Source of the DNA: a virus
Lineage: Duplodnaviria; Caudoviricetes
Length of the DNA stretch: 46,405 bases
Virus record (IMG/VR): IMGVR_UViG_3300037308_000488
Coordinates: 1 to 46,405 of that record
Direction: 5' to 3' (one strand)
Shown here: positions 28,925 through 37,985 of the stretch, one piece after another
Numbering within the stretch: position 1 is the first letter of the stretch
Layout: each line of letters opens with the position of its first letter
Position numbers and translations under genes: made by a program
Notes under the pieces: model-generated
The model's database searches: none
What the model was told of the DNA's origin: nothing
The model's input: the letters and a program-made list of their open reading frames with translations, nothing else

Positions 28925-31045
28925 ATGGTTGACACAGCCGTTATCTCACAATCGCTGCAGTATCTTGCTGGTATCTGCGACGGAGCAAGGAAACAAGACG
29001 GAGTTGGATTCAACAAATTTGACTCGGATTATGGAAAGCAGCTTGCAACCACTAGCCAAATGGGCGAGCTCTCCGAAAAACAACTCTCCCAGGCTATAGT
29101 CATGCTCCGGAAGTACAGAAGCCAACTCGCCGAGTGCGGACTAGTTATCCCTCAGGAGCTTATCGACTTATACGCAAAAAACTATCCATCCCTATATATG
29201 GATAACGGGCGGATCGCCGTCAAGTTTCCAGCTAAGCCCAAACAAGATATTCTGGACTTTTTACGAAGCATTCCCGGGCGGTTCTATAACGGCGAAGCCT
29301 GGACCTTCCCAGCCTCGGCTGCTAGCACTTTGACTAAGTTATATCCCGAAGTCAACGCATTAGACCTAACCCCTCCGACGCCTAAACCGGACTATGCAAC
29401 CAAAGACGCCCCAGACAGCCCAGACGCTACGCTAAGTTTGCAGGACGGGCTAGTCATCGTCCGGTTTGGCAAAGGTTCAGACAAATTTTTCCAAAACCTC
29501 GAAGCGGTTAAAAAACTTGGAGAGCGGCGGTATCTGGTTGAGAAAAAACTATGGGCAGTCCCTCTCCGGCATGCTGTTGATCTCTACAACTGCCTGACCG
29601 GAAAAGTTGAGATCGACCCTGAACTCAAGAAAATAATCGCTACGCAAAAAGAGCTCGCCGCCATGAGTAACAAATCTGCCAGCGATTTTGCCATCCCGAA
29701 CATTCGCCCAGGCAACGAGTTTTTACCCTTTCAGCGAGCCGGGGTAGAATTTCTCGAAAAAGCTAAGCGCGCGCTGATCGGTGACCAGATGGGACTGGGA
29801 AAAACTATCCAGGCTATCGGCTATCTGGCGCTTCATCCAGAGCTTCGCCCCGCCATTATTGTAGTCCCAGCCAGCCTGAAAATTAACTGGCAACGTGAGC
29901 TAAAAAAATGGCTCGCTACTCCTGACATAGTAGCGGTTTGCAGCGGATCCAACAACCAAACTGCGCAATTGTTTGGATCAACCATCGTCATCATCAATTA
30001 CGACATACTCGGAAAGTGGAACAAAAATTTAATCTCTCTCAATCCAAAACTTCTTATTGTGGACGAGTGCCACTATATCAAGAGCAAGAAAACTCTGCGC
30101 AGCAGGGCCGTTTCAGAATTAAGCAAGTCTATACCCGAAGTGATTTTCCTGACCGGCACACCGATCGTCAATCGGCCAATCGAGTTGTTTCCAGTCCTAC
30201 ATATCATCGACGCAAAATCCTGGCCTAGCGAACGACAGTATTTTTACCGCTACTGCTACAGTCCTACCCAGGCGTCGCTACAAGAGCTCCATAATCTCAT
30301 CAAGCCTTATGTGGTACGGCGCACAAAAGAGCAGGTGCTCAAAGAACTCCCGCTAAAACGCAGAGCCGTAGTGACCGTGCAGTTTGACAAAAGCGAATGG
30401 CATAACTACATATCCGCTATCGAGAAAGCAAAAGCCGAGCCCAAAGCGGCAGAGCAGCTCAGGCTGATCGAAGCCGCTAAGCAAGCGGCAGTGCGCGGAA
30501 AACTCTCAGCAGCACTAGATTGGATCGAAGATTTCATCGAGACCGAAAAGCTAGTAGTTTTTTGCACGCATAACTTTGTGGTAGATGCAATCATGGCAAA
30601 ATTTTCCAATCGAGCGGTTCGCTTGACCGGAAGCGAGAACAACCAAGAGCGCCAAAAAGCCGTCGATGACTTCCAAACCAAAGATTCAGTCAAGCTTTTT
30701 GTGGGAAATCTGCGAGCGGCTGGGGTTGGCATTACCCTGACTGCTGCCAGCAACGTGGCGTTTGTGGAGCTAGACTGGACTCCGGGCGGTATGAGTCAAG
30801 CCGAAGACCGAGTACACCGGATTGGCCAACTCGATAGTGTTACAGCCTGGTACATCGTGGCTGAAAACACGATCGAGGAAAAAATTGTAGAACTCCTGGA
30901 GCAAAAGCGAATCGTTACAGATACCGTCCACGACGGAGTAGTTGGAGACACCGAGTTTAGCATCGCCAAGGAATTAATCGAATACATCCTGCAATCGAAC
31001 GGAGGCACTCCCCTATACAACAAGAAACCAGCCTACGGGAGTTAG
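28925..31045 (+). CDS. SNF2-family ATPase/helicase, SMARCAL1/HARP-like
   Basis: GDQMGLGKT, DECH, LTGTP, VGITLTAA and QAEDRVHRIGQ motifs; two N-terminal R-Y...W-x-[FV]-P HARP-like segments. Confidence 0.9.
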   Translation: MVDTAVISQSLQYLAGICDGARKQDGVGFNKFDSDYGKQLATTSQMGELSEKQLSQAIVMLRKYRSQLAECGLVIPQELIDLYAKNYPSLYMDNGRIAVKFPAKPKQDILDFLRSIPGRFYNGEAWTFPASAASTLTKLYPEVNALDLTPPTPKPDYATKDAPDSPDATLSLQDGLVIVRFGKGSDKFFQNLEAVKKLGERRYLVEKKLWAVPLRHAVDLYNCLTGKVEIDPELKKIIATQKELAAMSNKSASDFAIPNIRPGNEFLPFQRAGVEFLEKAKRALIGDQMGLGKTIQAIGYLALHPELRPAIIVVPASLKINWQRELKKWLATPDIVAVCSGSNNQTAQLFGSTIVIINYDILGKWNKNLISLNPKLLIVDECHYIKSKKTLRSRAVSELSKSIPEVIFLTGTPIVNRPIELFPVLHIIDAKSWPSERQYFYRYCYSPTQASLQELHNLIKPYVVRRTKEQVLKELPLKRRAVVTVQFDKSEWHNYISAIEKAKAEPKAAEQLRLIEAAKQAAVRGKLSAALDWIEDFIETEKLVVFCTHNFVVDAIMAKFSNRAVRLTGSENNQERQKAVDDFQTKDSVKLFVGNLRAAGVGITLTAASNVAFVELDWTPGGMSQAEDRVHRIGQLDSVTAWYIVAENTIEEKIVELLEQKRIVTDTVHDGVVGDTEFSIAKELIEYILQSNGGTPLYNKKPAYGS

Positions 31046-31056
31046 GCTGGTTTTTT
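31025..31056 (+). terminator. Intrinsic terminator
   Basis: AAACCAGCCTA-loop-TAGGCTGGTTTTTT at the convergence of two operons. Confidence 0.8.
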
Positions 31057-31094
31057 GTTCCGGGAAGCAGGAGGAAACCCGAGACGTATATAGT

Positions 31095-31745
31095 TTATCC
31101 GATCGACAATACCCTGTCAAGATACGGCTGTAACAGGCTTATCAGGCCATCTAGCAAGGCACTTGCCTCGTCCCGATCCATTTCTGGAAGCGCTAACATT
31201 TTTACCCCTGTACGCAATGTCTCGACCGCTTTGGCGATCGACTGATAATCCACCCCTCCAACCGCCGATTCAAACAAGTGTTCGCTCTCACGCATTTCCG
31301 CAGTGTCTTCTGCAAACGCCGCTGGCCGCAACTTGGCTTCCAGAAACTCAACACTAGGAGAGTGACTGTTTTCATGCGCAACCGCCAAGGAATACTCTAG
31401 TACCTCCCTCCAGCGCTCTCCGTACGTCCGGGCATAACGGAAATGCGAGAATGGCAATAGGTCAAACTCATCTCGTACAATTGGGCCATAAAACGCTGCG
31501 ATACTAGCATAATCACGCACTGTCCTGGCGCTGTACTCCTGGTTGAGCATCACCGCAACCGCTCTATAAATTTCCATCTCTCCAATGTCTGGATACAAAT
31601 CAGGCCGCGCTTGCGCAACCTGGATGATTTCATTCGTGCAATCTCCGATCATCCAGGCATCTCGCCTATGCTGAGCAGCAATCGCTCCCAGCCTAGCCTG
31701 CACCGATTCTGGTACGACACGCATTACTCTGCTAACTCCGTTCAT
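31095..31745 (-). CDS. Hypothetical protein (possible DNA-binding)
   Basis: W.IGD...SARTVRDYA...LPFSHF pattern; last gene of the replication operon. Confidence 0.65.
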   Translation of the reverse strand: MNGVSRVMRVVPESVQARLGAIAAQHRRDAWMIGDCTNEIIQVAQARPDLYPDIGEMEIYRAVAVMLNQEYSARTVRDYASIAAFYGPIVRDEFDLLPFSHFRYARTYGERWREVLEYSLAVAHENSHSPSVEFLEAKLRPAAFAEDTAEMRESEHLFESAVGGVDYQSIAKAVETLRTGVKMLALPEMDRDEASALLDGLISLLQPYLDRVLSIG

Positions 31746-32064
31746 CTGACGACTCCGTTTCTAATGCCTGTTTTAATGTGTTCAAGGCAATCCCACTGCG
31801 AATCGCCCGTGCCTCAAACTGAAGCAATTTCCAACCCAGCAATTGCGCCAAGTTGTATTTTTCATAGTCTCGTTGCAGTCCCACTCCGGAACTGTGCGCA
31901 CCTTTGCGCCAAATCGCCCCCTGCACTTCAACCGCAATCTTTTGCCTTGGCCAGGCAAAGTCAAACCGAAATTTGCGCGTAGGGCAAAATCGATACTCCC
32001 GCTCCGGCATCGGTATGCGCGCTTCCCTAACCGCTGCAAGAAAGGCCTCCTCCAGAGCACTCAT
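31732..32064 (-). CDS. PD-(D/E)XK endonuclease (DUF559/Vsr-like)
   Basis: EREYRF...RFDFAWP..KIAVEVQG...H...RDYEKYN.AQLLGW. Confidence 0.85.
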   Translation of the reverse strand: MSALEEAFLAAVREARIPMPEREYRFCPTRKFRFDFAWPRQKIAVEVQGAIWRKGAHSSGVGLQRDYEKYNLAQLLGWKLLQFEARAIRSGIALNTLKQALETESSDERS

Positions 32065-32651
32065 TCAGCATGCTCTCTGTGGGGCAACGGGAAGCTCGCG
32101 GGATAGGGTTGTCCATCACTGTAAACTTTCTCCATCGCTACCCCGCCTAAACTATAAGCCATGTCGAGCCAGTAATCTGCATCAAGAACGTCCTGACTGC
32201 GCTCCTCCACTTGATACATCCGATATATAACTCCATAAGACGCCGGGGTTTGAGCTTTGCTGGCCAGCGTAATCGTCCGGATCCATGTGGCTACGGAGAG
32301 TATCCAGTATATCTCGTTTTTCCAGGTTTTGCGCGGTATCCATCGGCCACTCTCTGTATCATACGTTGCCCCTACCCAGCGAATAACCGACACCTTTTGT
32401 GCCAAAGTAAGCTCTCTTGAGCTTAACGGCTCGAAGGGTTTGCTTTCCGGAGCAAACAAGAACGCCCACACCAGCCGCCGATTCGTATCCAGGGCTTCTC
32501 TGCCGTCAAATGTATACTGTTTTAGCGCGATATTGACATGCCCGCAAACCGCTCCCCAGGCTTTTTGGTCGACCGTAGTCACATCCCTGGCCGCGAGTTT
32601 ACGACAATGCGCCCTAACCAAATCGGGCGATAAAATCTTGTCTTTCGCCAT
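32061..32651 (-). CDS. Hypothetical protein
   Basis: RBS GGGAGG; coupled in the operon. Confidence 0.6.
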   Translation of the reverse strand: MAKDKILSPDLVRAHCRKLAARDVTTVDQKAWGAVCGHVNIALKQYTFDGREALDTNRRLVWAFLFAPESKPFEPLSSRELTLAQKVSVIRWVGATYDTESGRWIPRKTWKNEIYWILSVATWIRTITLASKAQTPASYGVIYRMYQVEERSQDVLDADYWLDMAYSLGGVAMEKVYSDGQPYPASFPLPHREHAE

Positions 32652-32895
32652 CTGTAGCCTCCCTGACCGTTCCGGTCAATTCAATTGCAAAAGCTCCCCG
32701 TAGCTCATGCGGGATGTGATTTGCCAGTACAAGCTTAAGCCGCTGCGCCGCATCTATAATTGCCCTATACTCGCCCTCACGAATAAAATATAACTCATCA
32801 ACTCTCTCTAACATCCAATCCACGATAAGCCAAAACATATATAACGCAAACAACTTTTTGTCAATTTTTGCCAAAACATCCAATTTTAGTTTCAT
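32614..32895 (-). CDS. Hypothetical protein
   Basis: ATGA overlap with the dnaB stop. Confidence 0.55.
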   Translation of the reverse strand: MKLKLDVLAKIDKKLFALYMFWLIVDWMLERVDELYFIREGEYRAIIDAAQRLKLVLANHIPHELRGAFAIELTGTVREATDGERQDFIARFG

Positions 32896-34238
32896 CTTAG
32901 CATCTCTGCGACTAGCTGCTTTGTCACGGCATTTTCGAACCAGGGATACTCGGGGTTTTTTCGCAGCGTGATTTTTGCCTTGCCGCTGGCCGTAATCTCG
33001 CGCCCTTTGAGTAGATATAGATCGCGGAAATCTGGCGCAGCCTGAGACTGTGACAGGTAGAAAACATTATCCGCATCGTGCATTAACTGCCCGCTGCCTC
33101 GCAAGATTTTCATGCTAGGTTCAAACCCGTTGCCATTGCTACCCATGCCCTCTTTCGTTACCGAATCCACGGTTATCCCGATCATACCCAGGTCTTTTGC
33201 AATTGCACTAATTTTTCGACTTAAATACCCGCTCCTCTCCACGTCATTTTGGTTTTTTAGTTCGTCCGTCATGAGGTGTAGATAATCCAGAACGAAGATT
33301 TTTACCCCATAACGCGCTCGGAGACGTTTTAGGTCAGACCTTAGCTGATCTGTAGTTAGCTCAGCCCTAGGATAGACATAGACTGGCAGCGATTCCGCAT
33401 CCCCTACAGTTTGAGCAAACAAAATCCAGTCATCAGGTTGCATTTTGCCAGATTTGAGGCGATGGGTTGGGATTTTTGCTAGGGCACTAATACAACGCAA
33501 CATAAGCTGCAACTCACGCATCTCCAGGCTATAAATCGCAACCCCAGCCTGTCTGCCCTCGATAACCGCCATGAGGCCAAGTTGCATCGCCAGTATGCTC
33601 TTGCCCATCCCTGGAGCTCCAGCAATTAGGGTTGTCTCTCAAGACGGAAGGCCTCCCGTGAGATGGTCAAAATCCGTTAACCCAACGGAAACGCCGTAAA
33701 CGTCCTGAGGATTGTCTTTTCTTTGCTCAACATAGTTATACAGTCGATTTAGAGCGCCTTTCCAGTGCTCTGCGGCTTCCCCTGTACTAAGAGCCAAGCT
33801 GTCTAACCCGCTATATATATCCCCTACCGTCTGCCCTACCTCCACCTGCAGATTATACGCCCTACGAGCCAGCTCACTGGCTAGCTCAATCATACGTCGG
33901 CGCGATGCATAGTCCGCTAACCGTTTTACATGCTCCTGGATTGCATATCGACCTGCATAACTAGCCGTGAGCCGAGCCAGATATCCATAACCTCCTGCGT
34001 TTTCCAGTTCGCCCGCGCGCTTTAGCTCGTCCCCTATAGCCTCTAGGTTGCCCGCTGCATCTGGACGGCGCCTAAGGATTTTTGCTATTTGTTGATGCTT
34101 GACCAAGCGAAACCAACCCGGGTCAATCTCGCCCATGATATCAGCATCAAAATCCACTAACAACGTACCAAGAATCTGCTGCTCGATTTTTTCACTCCAT
34201 AACTGGGGAGCATCTGTATCGAAATTTTCTGGTTGCAT
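32892..34238 (-). CDS. dnaB: Replicative helicase DnaB with a single in-frame TGA (33639-33641)
   Basis: The two track ORFs are in the same frame: FDHLTGGLPS*ETTLIAGAPGMGKS (Walker A), then YSLEM, VLDYLHL and LRGSGQLMHDAD; N-domain EQQILG...H.QI. Confidence 0.85.
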
Positions 34239-34278
34239 CTATAGCCTCCTGTTTTTTTAAATTTCTCTCACGAGTATA

Positions 34279-35151
34279 TCACGAATTGATAACTGAAAAA
34301 GTCTCAAACTGCGACCCGGCTTGATGCACTATCTCCGCCTGCGGCCAAAGCTCTCGCATCCAGTATAGCGTAACTGGTTGCCCTTGTTTGCCGCGAAAAT
34401 CAACGGTGCGCCACCACAAAACAAACTTTTCCAAACGAGCGAAAAATTCTTCCCCTTGACTGCATGCCCAGGCGATAAACTCTCTCCCAGCCTGAGTGCG
34501 CCAGCTGGGAGTAATTCGGCAGGTTGTCTCAATCGCTCGCTTGACGCGAAAATCTAGAGATTCTCTAGCCGCCAGCATCCCGTCAACCAAATCACCGCGC
34601 TTGCGCATCTCTGTTTCCGTTGATGCTTTTTCTTCCAGTGTTGAGGTTTTGGTTTTTTGCAAAATCTCTTTTTTAGTCTCTGTTTTAATCTCTTTAAGAG
34701 AATTGCTCAATTTGCACAAATCCATTTGCTCAATTTGAGCACTTCCATTTGTGCAATTTGAGTAAATGCATTTGTCGTTTTCGTCAAATGGTAGACTCTC
34801 TGGCTTTTCTGCTACAACCGATTCTAACGCCTCATAATCGATCGTATACCAGAGCGTCCGGTCATAAGTGCTCGGGTTAAAATTGCCTTTGAGTAACAGA
34901 CCTTTCTCCACCAGCCCGTTTATAGTCCTGCGCACCGTAGCCGTTGACCAAAACGGGAAATTTTCTGATTGCCACTGCTCGCAACTACCATAAGTCCAGG
35001 TTTTATCCTGGACTAAATTTTTCCCGCTCTTTCGGTTGATCTCAATCCAGTAGTGAAACTGTTGAAGTAAAATAGCCTCATTCAGCCCGATCTTGACAAC
35101 CAGAGTAGGCAAGATAACCAGCGGAGCTTCGTCAAGTAAAAGCTTTGCCAT
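34279..35151 (-). CDS. Phage replication initiator (N-terminal winged helix)
   Basis: PLVILPTL...IGLNEAILLQQFHYW...FPFWS..TVRR...DRTLWYTIDYE; upstream of dnaB; internal iterons. Confidence 0.85.
   Translation of the reverse strand: MAKLLLDEAPLVILPTLVVKIGLNEAILLQQFHYWIEINRKSGKNLVQDKTWTYGSCEQWQSENFPFWSTATVRRTINGLVEKGLLLKGNFNPSTYDRTLWYTIDYEALESVVAEKPESLPFDENDKCIYSNCTNGSAQIEQMDLCKLSNSLKEIKTETKKEILQKTKTSTLEEKASTETEMRKRGDLVDGMLAARESLDFRVKRAIETTCRITPSWRTQAGREFIAWACSQGEEFFARLEKFVLWWRTVDFRGKQGQPVTLYWMRELWPQAEIVHQAGSQFETFSVINS
34700..34790. repeat. Replication-origin iterons, four copies at 23-bp period
   Basis: TTGCTCAATTTG at 34703 and 34726, TTGTGCAATTTG at 34749, degenerate copy at 34772; adjacent A/T-skewed tract at 34625-34700. 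Confidence 0.75.
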
Positions 35152-35384
35152 TAGATTTCTTCATACTTTCCGCATGCTGGAAATCCAGCCCTCCAGTCCG
35201 TAGCATAACCATGCGTTATGATAGTCTGAGTGCACTTTAGATAAGTTTTCGACCCACGCTTTTGCCGCGCCAAGAAACGGCAGGATTGGCAATTTTTGCC
35301 AGGTGCGCGCCCGTACAGAGCGTGCATATGCTGAATGCGCTCTGGATAGCGAATATCGCATTTTCCCAAGTCAAACAACGCCAT
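35151..35384 (-). CDS. Small Cys-containing protein (possible Zn-binding)
   Basis: CQSC...C...W....PACGKY; RBS AGGGAG. Confidence 0.7.
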   Translation of the reverse strand: MALFDLGKCDIRYPERIQHMHALYGRAPGKNCQSCRFLARQKRGSKTYLKCTQTIITHGYATDWRAGFPACGKYEEI

Positions 35385-35416
35385 TTTATCTCTCCCTTCT
35401 GCTCGTAGATTAATTA

Positions 35417-35571
35417 AAAACCTGTTCTTATCTCAGGGGGCTTCGCATATATAGGCGCAATTTACCCGCTTGGCGAGCAGGGAAACCACCCTGAGGTAAA
35501 AACAGGTTTTGACTTTGCGCCTGCGGTTCGCTGCCGCTGATTTTAATGTCCCAACCAGACTGCCATTCTGG
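35417..35571 (-). ncRNA. Structured 5' leader RNA of the replication operon
   Basis: ~22-bp stem 35417-35438/35489-35510; 8-bp AGGCGCAA/TTGCGCCT loop-flank pairing; small hairpins nearer the 5' end. Confidence 0.55.
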
Positions 35572-35580
35572 TGTATATAT

Positions 35581-35608
35581 ATAATAACACACTTTCGTAA
35601 AATGTCAA
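35581..35608 (-). promoter_or_regulatory. Sigma70 promoter for the replication operon
   Basis: TTGACA (35608-35603)-16 nt-TATTAT; back-to-back with cassette copy 2. Confidence 0.7.
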
Positions 35609-35615
35609 GAATTGC

Positions 35616-35700
35616 AAAATTGCCTCTTGACAACCACTCAAAATCGGTATATAATGTTATCAAGATCAAATAACAGTAAAAAAAAGGAGAAAACAAGATG
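35616..35700 (+). promoter_or_regulatory. Early promoter-RBS cassette, copy 2
   Basis: TTGACA (35627)-17 nt-TATAAT (35650)-GTTATCAAGATCAAATAA...AGGAGAAAACAAGATG. Confidence 0.88.
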
Positions 35701-35955
35701 AACGACAATGAAATCCAGAAATTGAACAATACACAGGGTTACCAGGATTATATGCTGATCGGATCAGATTTAGTAACCAATTATCAATTTTCCGACCGAG
35801 CAGAAGCCGGATATCTACCCAGAAAAATTGCAAAACAAGGTTTCCGGGTTACTCATCGAGAAACCTGGACTTGGGAAGTAAAACCATCTTGGCTAGGTGG
35901 AGGTTTTCACTTAGCTGCGTACAAAACAAACGTCAAAATCGAGGAGGTAAAATGA
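35698..35955 (+). CDS. Hypothetical early protein
   Basis: Starts at the cassette ATG. Confidence 0.7.
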   Translation: MNDNEIQKLNNTQGYQDYMLIGSDLVTNYQFSDRAEAGYLPRKIAKQGFRVTHRETWTWEVKPSWLGGGFHLAAYKTNVKIEEVK

Positions 35956-36245
35956 CTCGAATTAGAACTAGTTCCGGTGATGCACACCGGAGAGAAATCA
36001 ACATTCACCGAAGCCAACTAAAACAGAAACAGTGCTATAGCGATACTCCTGAGAGCATGCGACAAAAGCTATATAACGCAGTTGCCAGCCTCAAGGCCGC
36101 CGACCCCGAAGGGTGGGAAGTTTGGTATGACCGAGAAATCCCTGACTGGTACAGCTGGGAAAATCTCTCTCTTATCCGACTTATCATCGCTGTGATCGAG
36201 AACCGGGTCGCTGAATTAAAAAAATTGCCTCTTGACAACCGCTAA
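35952..36245 (+). CDS. Hypothetical protein
   Basis: RBS GGAGGT, ATGA overlap (MTRIRTS); its stop codon lies inside cassette copy 3. Confidence 0.7.
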   Translation: MTRIRTSSGDAHRREINIHRSQLKQKQCYSDTPESMRQKLYNAVASLKAADPEGWEVWYDREIPDWYSWENLSLIRLIIAVIENRVAELKKLPLDNR

Positions 36246-36310
36246 ATTTGTTGTATAATGTTATCAAGATCAAATAATGTATATATAAAAAAAAAGGAGA
36301 AAACAAAATG
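36221..36310 (+). promoter_or_regulatory. Early promoter-RBS cassette, copy 3 (near-identical to copy 1)
   Basis: Differs from 28245-28335 by one substitution and one A in the A-run. Confidence 0.9.
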
Positions 36311-36550
36311 CAAAAGACACTAACGATTAAAGGCGAAAAATTCACCTCGCAACAAATCGCAAAAAAAATGCTAACCTCCCCGATCTTACTCGGTGGAGAC
36401 TACGAACTTGACCTAAACGGAGAACTTTTTTACGCGACCTTTCGCCGATATGATGACCTATGGTATGTTACCTGTTCTCCCGAACGCGCAACTTGCATTC
36501 AACTAACCCCAGCAATTACCACCAAACACTCGATCTGGATGGAGGTATAG
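36308..36550 (+). CDS. Hypothetical early protein
   Basis: Starts at the cassette ATG. Confidence 0.7.
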   Translation: MQKTLTIKGEKFTSQQIAKKMLTSPILLGGDYELDLNGELFYATFRRYDDLWYVTCSPERATCIQLTPAITTKHSIWMEV

Positions 36551-36565
36551 ACATGCTAATTGATA

Positions 36566-36594
36566 TTGACATATAATAAATCGCGTGTTATCAT
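36566..36594 (+). promoter_or_regulatory. Sigma70 promoter for the RHH operon
   Basis: TTGACA-17 nt-TATCAT with a TG extension, then GGAGG. Confidence 0.6.
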
Positions 36595-36614
36595 ATTTAC
36601 ATACCGGAGGATAA

Positions 36615-36959
36615 ATGAACAGCACACCTAACGCCAAATGTGATTTCAGAATGCTCTCTGCCCTCCAGGCAAGGGCATCTCAAATGGATCGCTCCGCCGG
36701 ATGGATCATCCGGCAAGCCGTAAAAACCCTTACCCAGGGATGGGCACAAAACGGAACTCGTATCAAGGTCAAAATGGCTAAGCCCATGACTCACCGATTG
36801 CCTCTAGCCACCATGCCAAGCGAGTTACGCAAAGAGCTACACCAATATTGCGCGGCTAACGAAATCACTCTCTCTCAGGGACTAAGGGAGGCCATCGGAC
36901 TATATCTAGGGCTAGCCGAACCCAGCGAGGAGGAGTCAAACCAAACCAAACTAAACTAA
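36615..36959 (+). CDS. Tandem ribbon-helix-helix (CopG/Arc-like) regulator
   Basis: Two RHH-like units: LQARASQMDRSAGWIIRQAV and MPSELRKELHQYCAANEITLSQGLREAI. Confidence 0.7.
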   Translation: MNSTPNAKCDFRMLSALQARASQMDRSAGWIIRQAVKTLTQGWAQNGTRIKVKMAKPMTHRLPLATMPSELRKELHQYCAANEITLSQGLREAIGLYLGLAEPSEEESNQTKLN

Positions 36960-37004
36960 ACCATTCATAAACTCTAAATTCAAAATCGAGACAGGAGCAA
37001 AAAC

Positions 37005-37871
37005 ATGAACAAGATCTCATTACCAACTGAATACACCCAGGAAATTGCCTCTGGCATGGAAGCTGGGGGCGGTATCCAGTTACCATTCTCCGTTTGTTAC
37101 GGATGGGTCGTAAATGGAAAATCCGAGCTAAAACAACTGGGCGGAGTTGCGTACTTCGGCGGCTGGAATTTTCGCCGAACCGAGGTTGACGATTACATAG
37201 CAGAAACGCAGAACGAAATCCCCTCATATTTCAAACCAGTAGAGCGGGAAACAGAAACAGAAACCATACTGAGCTATGAGAGCCGCTATATTATGGTCGC
37301 ACCTATCGCGTTCCGTCAATCGTGGATCACGGAAAACAAGCAACGCTTTGACCACTATGTGGAGGGAGGACGGCCACACGCTCAAGTGCTGTGCTACTTG
37401 CTAGACTACCGAAAAGACGAACACGGAAATCCTATCTATCCAGGCTTCGGGCCTATAGTCATCAGCGGAAAAGGCTACCAGGCTCGCAACATCCGAGACG
37501 CGTTCGCGGCGTGGGAAAAATATACTGCTCCGCTACGGCGTGAGATTGCGCCCGGCGTATCTTCGTACTTTTTTGCCGTATGCCTAGGCACGTTCGGAGA
37601 CAAGCCGAATTTTGTCCAGGTTGGTGGACAGGCAAAAAGCACAATCACCCCCATTGTTGCGTGGCTGCCAGAAAACCTAACCGCAGGGACACTGGCCAAA
37701 CTGTTCGTCGGCGAAACCGTCGCCGCGACCATGGTTGATTTCAAACAGCAAGCGGTAGACTGGCTGTCTGCTTGGAAAGGCACAGGGCAGGATCAAATGC
37801 CATCCAAATATGCTGATAACGGAGCTAATAATGCCCCTGAGAACTTTCCACCAGATAACGAGCCGTTTTAG
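37005..37871 (+). CDS. Hypothetical protein, possibly ssDNA-binding
   Basis: Aromatic-rich body with an acidic PPDNEPF tail like SSB C-termini. Confidence 0.5.
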   Translation: MNKISLPTEYTQEIASGMEAGGGIQLPFSVCYGWVVNGKSELKQLGGVAYFGGWNFRRTEVDDYIAETQNEIPSYFKPVERETETETILSYESRYIMVAPIAFRQSWITENKQRFDHYVEGGRPHAQVLCYLLDYRKDEHGNPIYPGFGPIVISGKGYQARNIRDAFAAWEKYTAPLRREIAPGVSSYFFAVCLGTFGDKPNFVQVGGQAKSTITPIVAWLPENLTAGTLAKLFVGETVAATMVDFKQQAVDWLSAWKGTGQDQMPSKYADNGANNAPENFPPDNEPF

Positions 37872-37985
37872 TTGAGCATACAGCATCGCTGGAGAAGTTG
37901 GCGCAAAGTTTTCAACTTTGCCAGCCAGCCAGCCAGGGACGGCGAGCCGGATAGTGTAACCGGCATAAAAAACAGGAGAACTCAT

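Noticed and set aside
33639-33641. Selenocysteine at the dnaB TGA
   Set aside because: The position corresponds to Gly in the DnaB consensus, not Cys, and the downstream hairpin is only 4 bp.
37915-37965. GCCA x4 microrepeat and GCCGG-N9-CCGGC hairpin
   Set aside because: Too short to assign a function; could be a boxB-like element, but no second copy was found.
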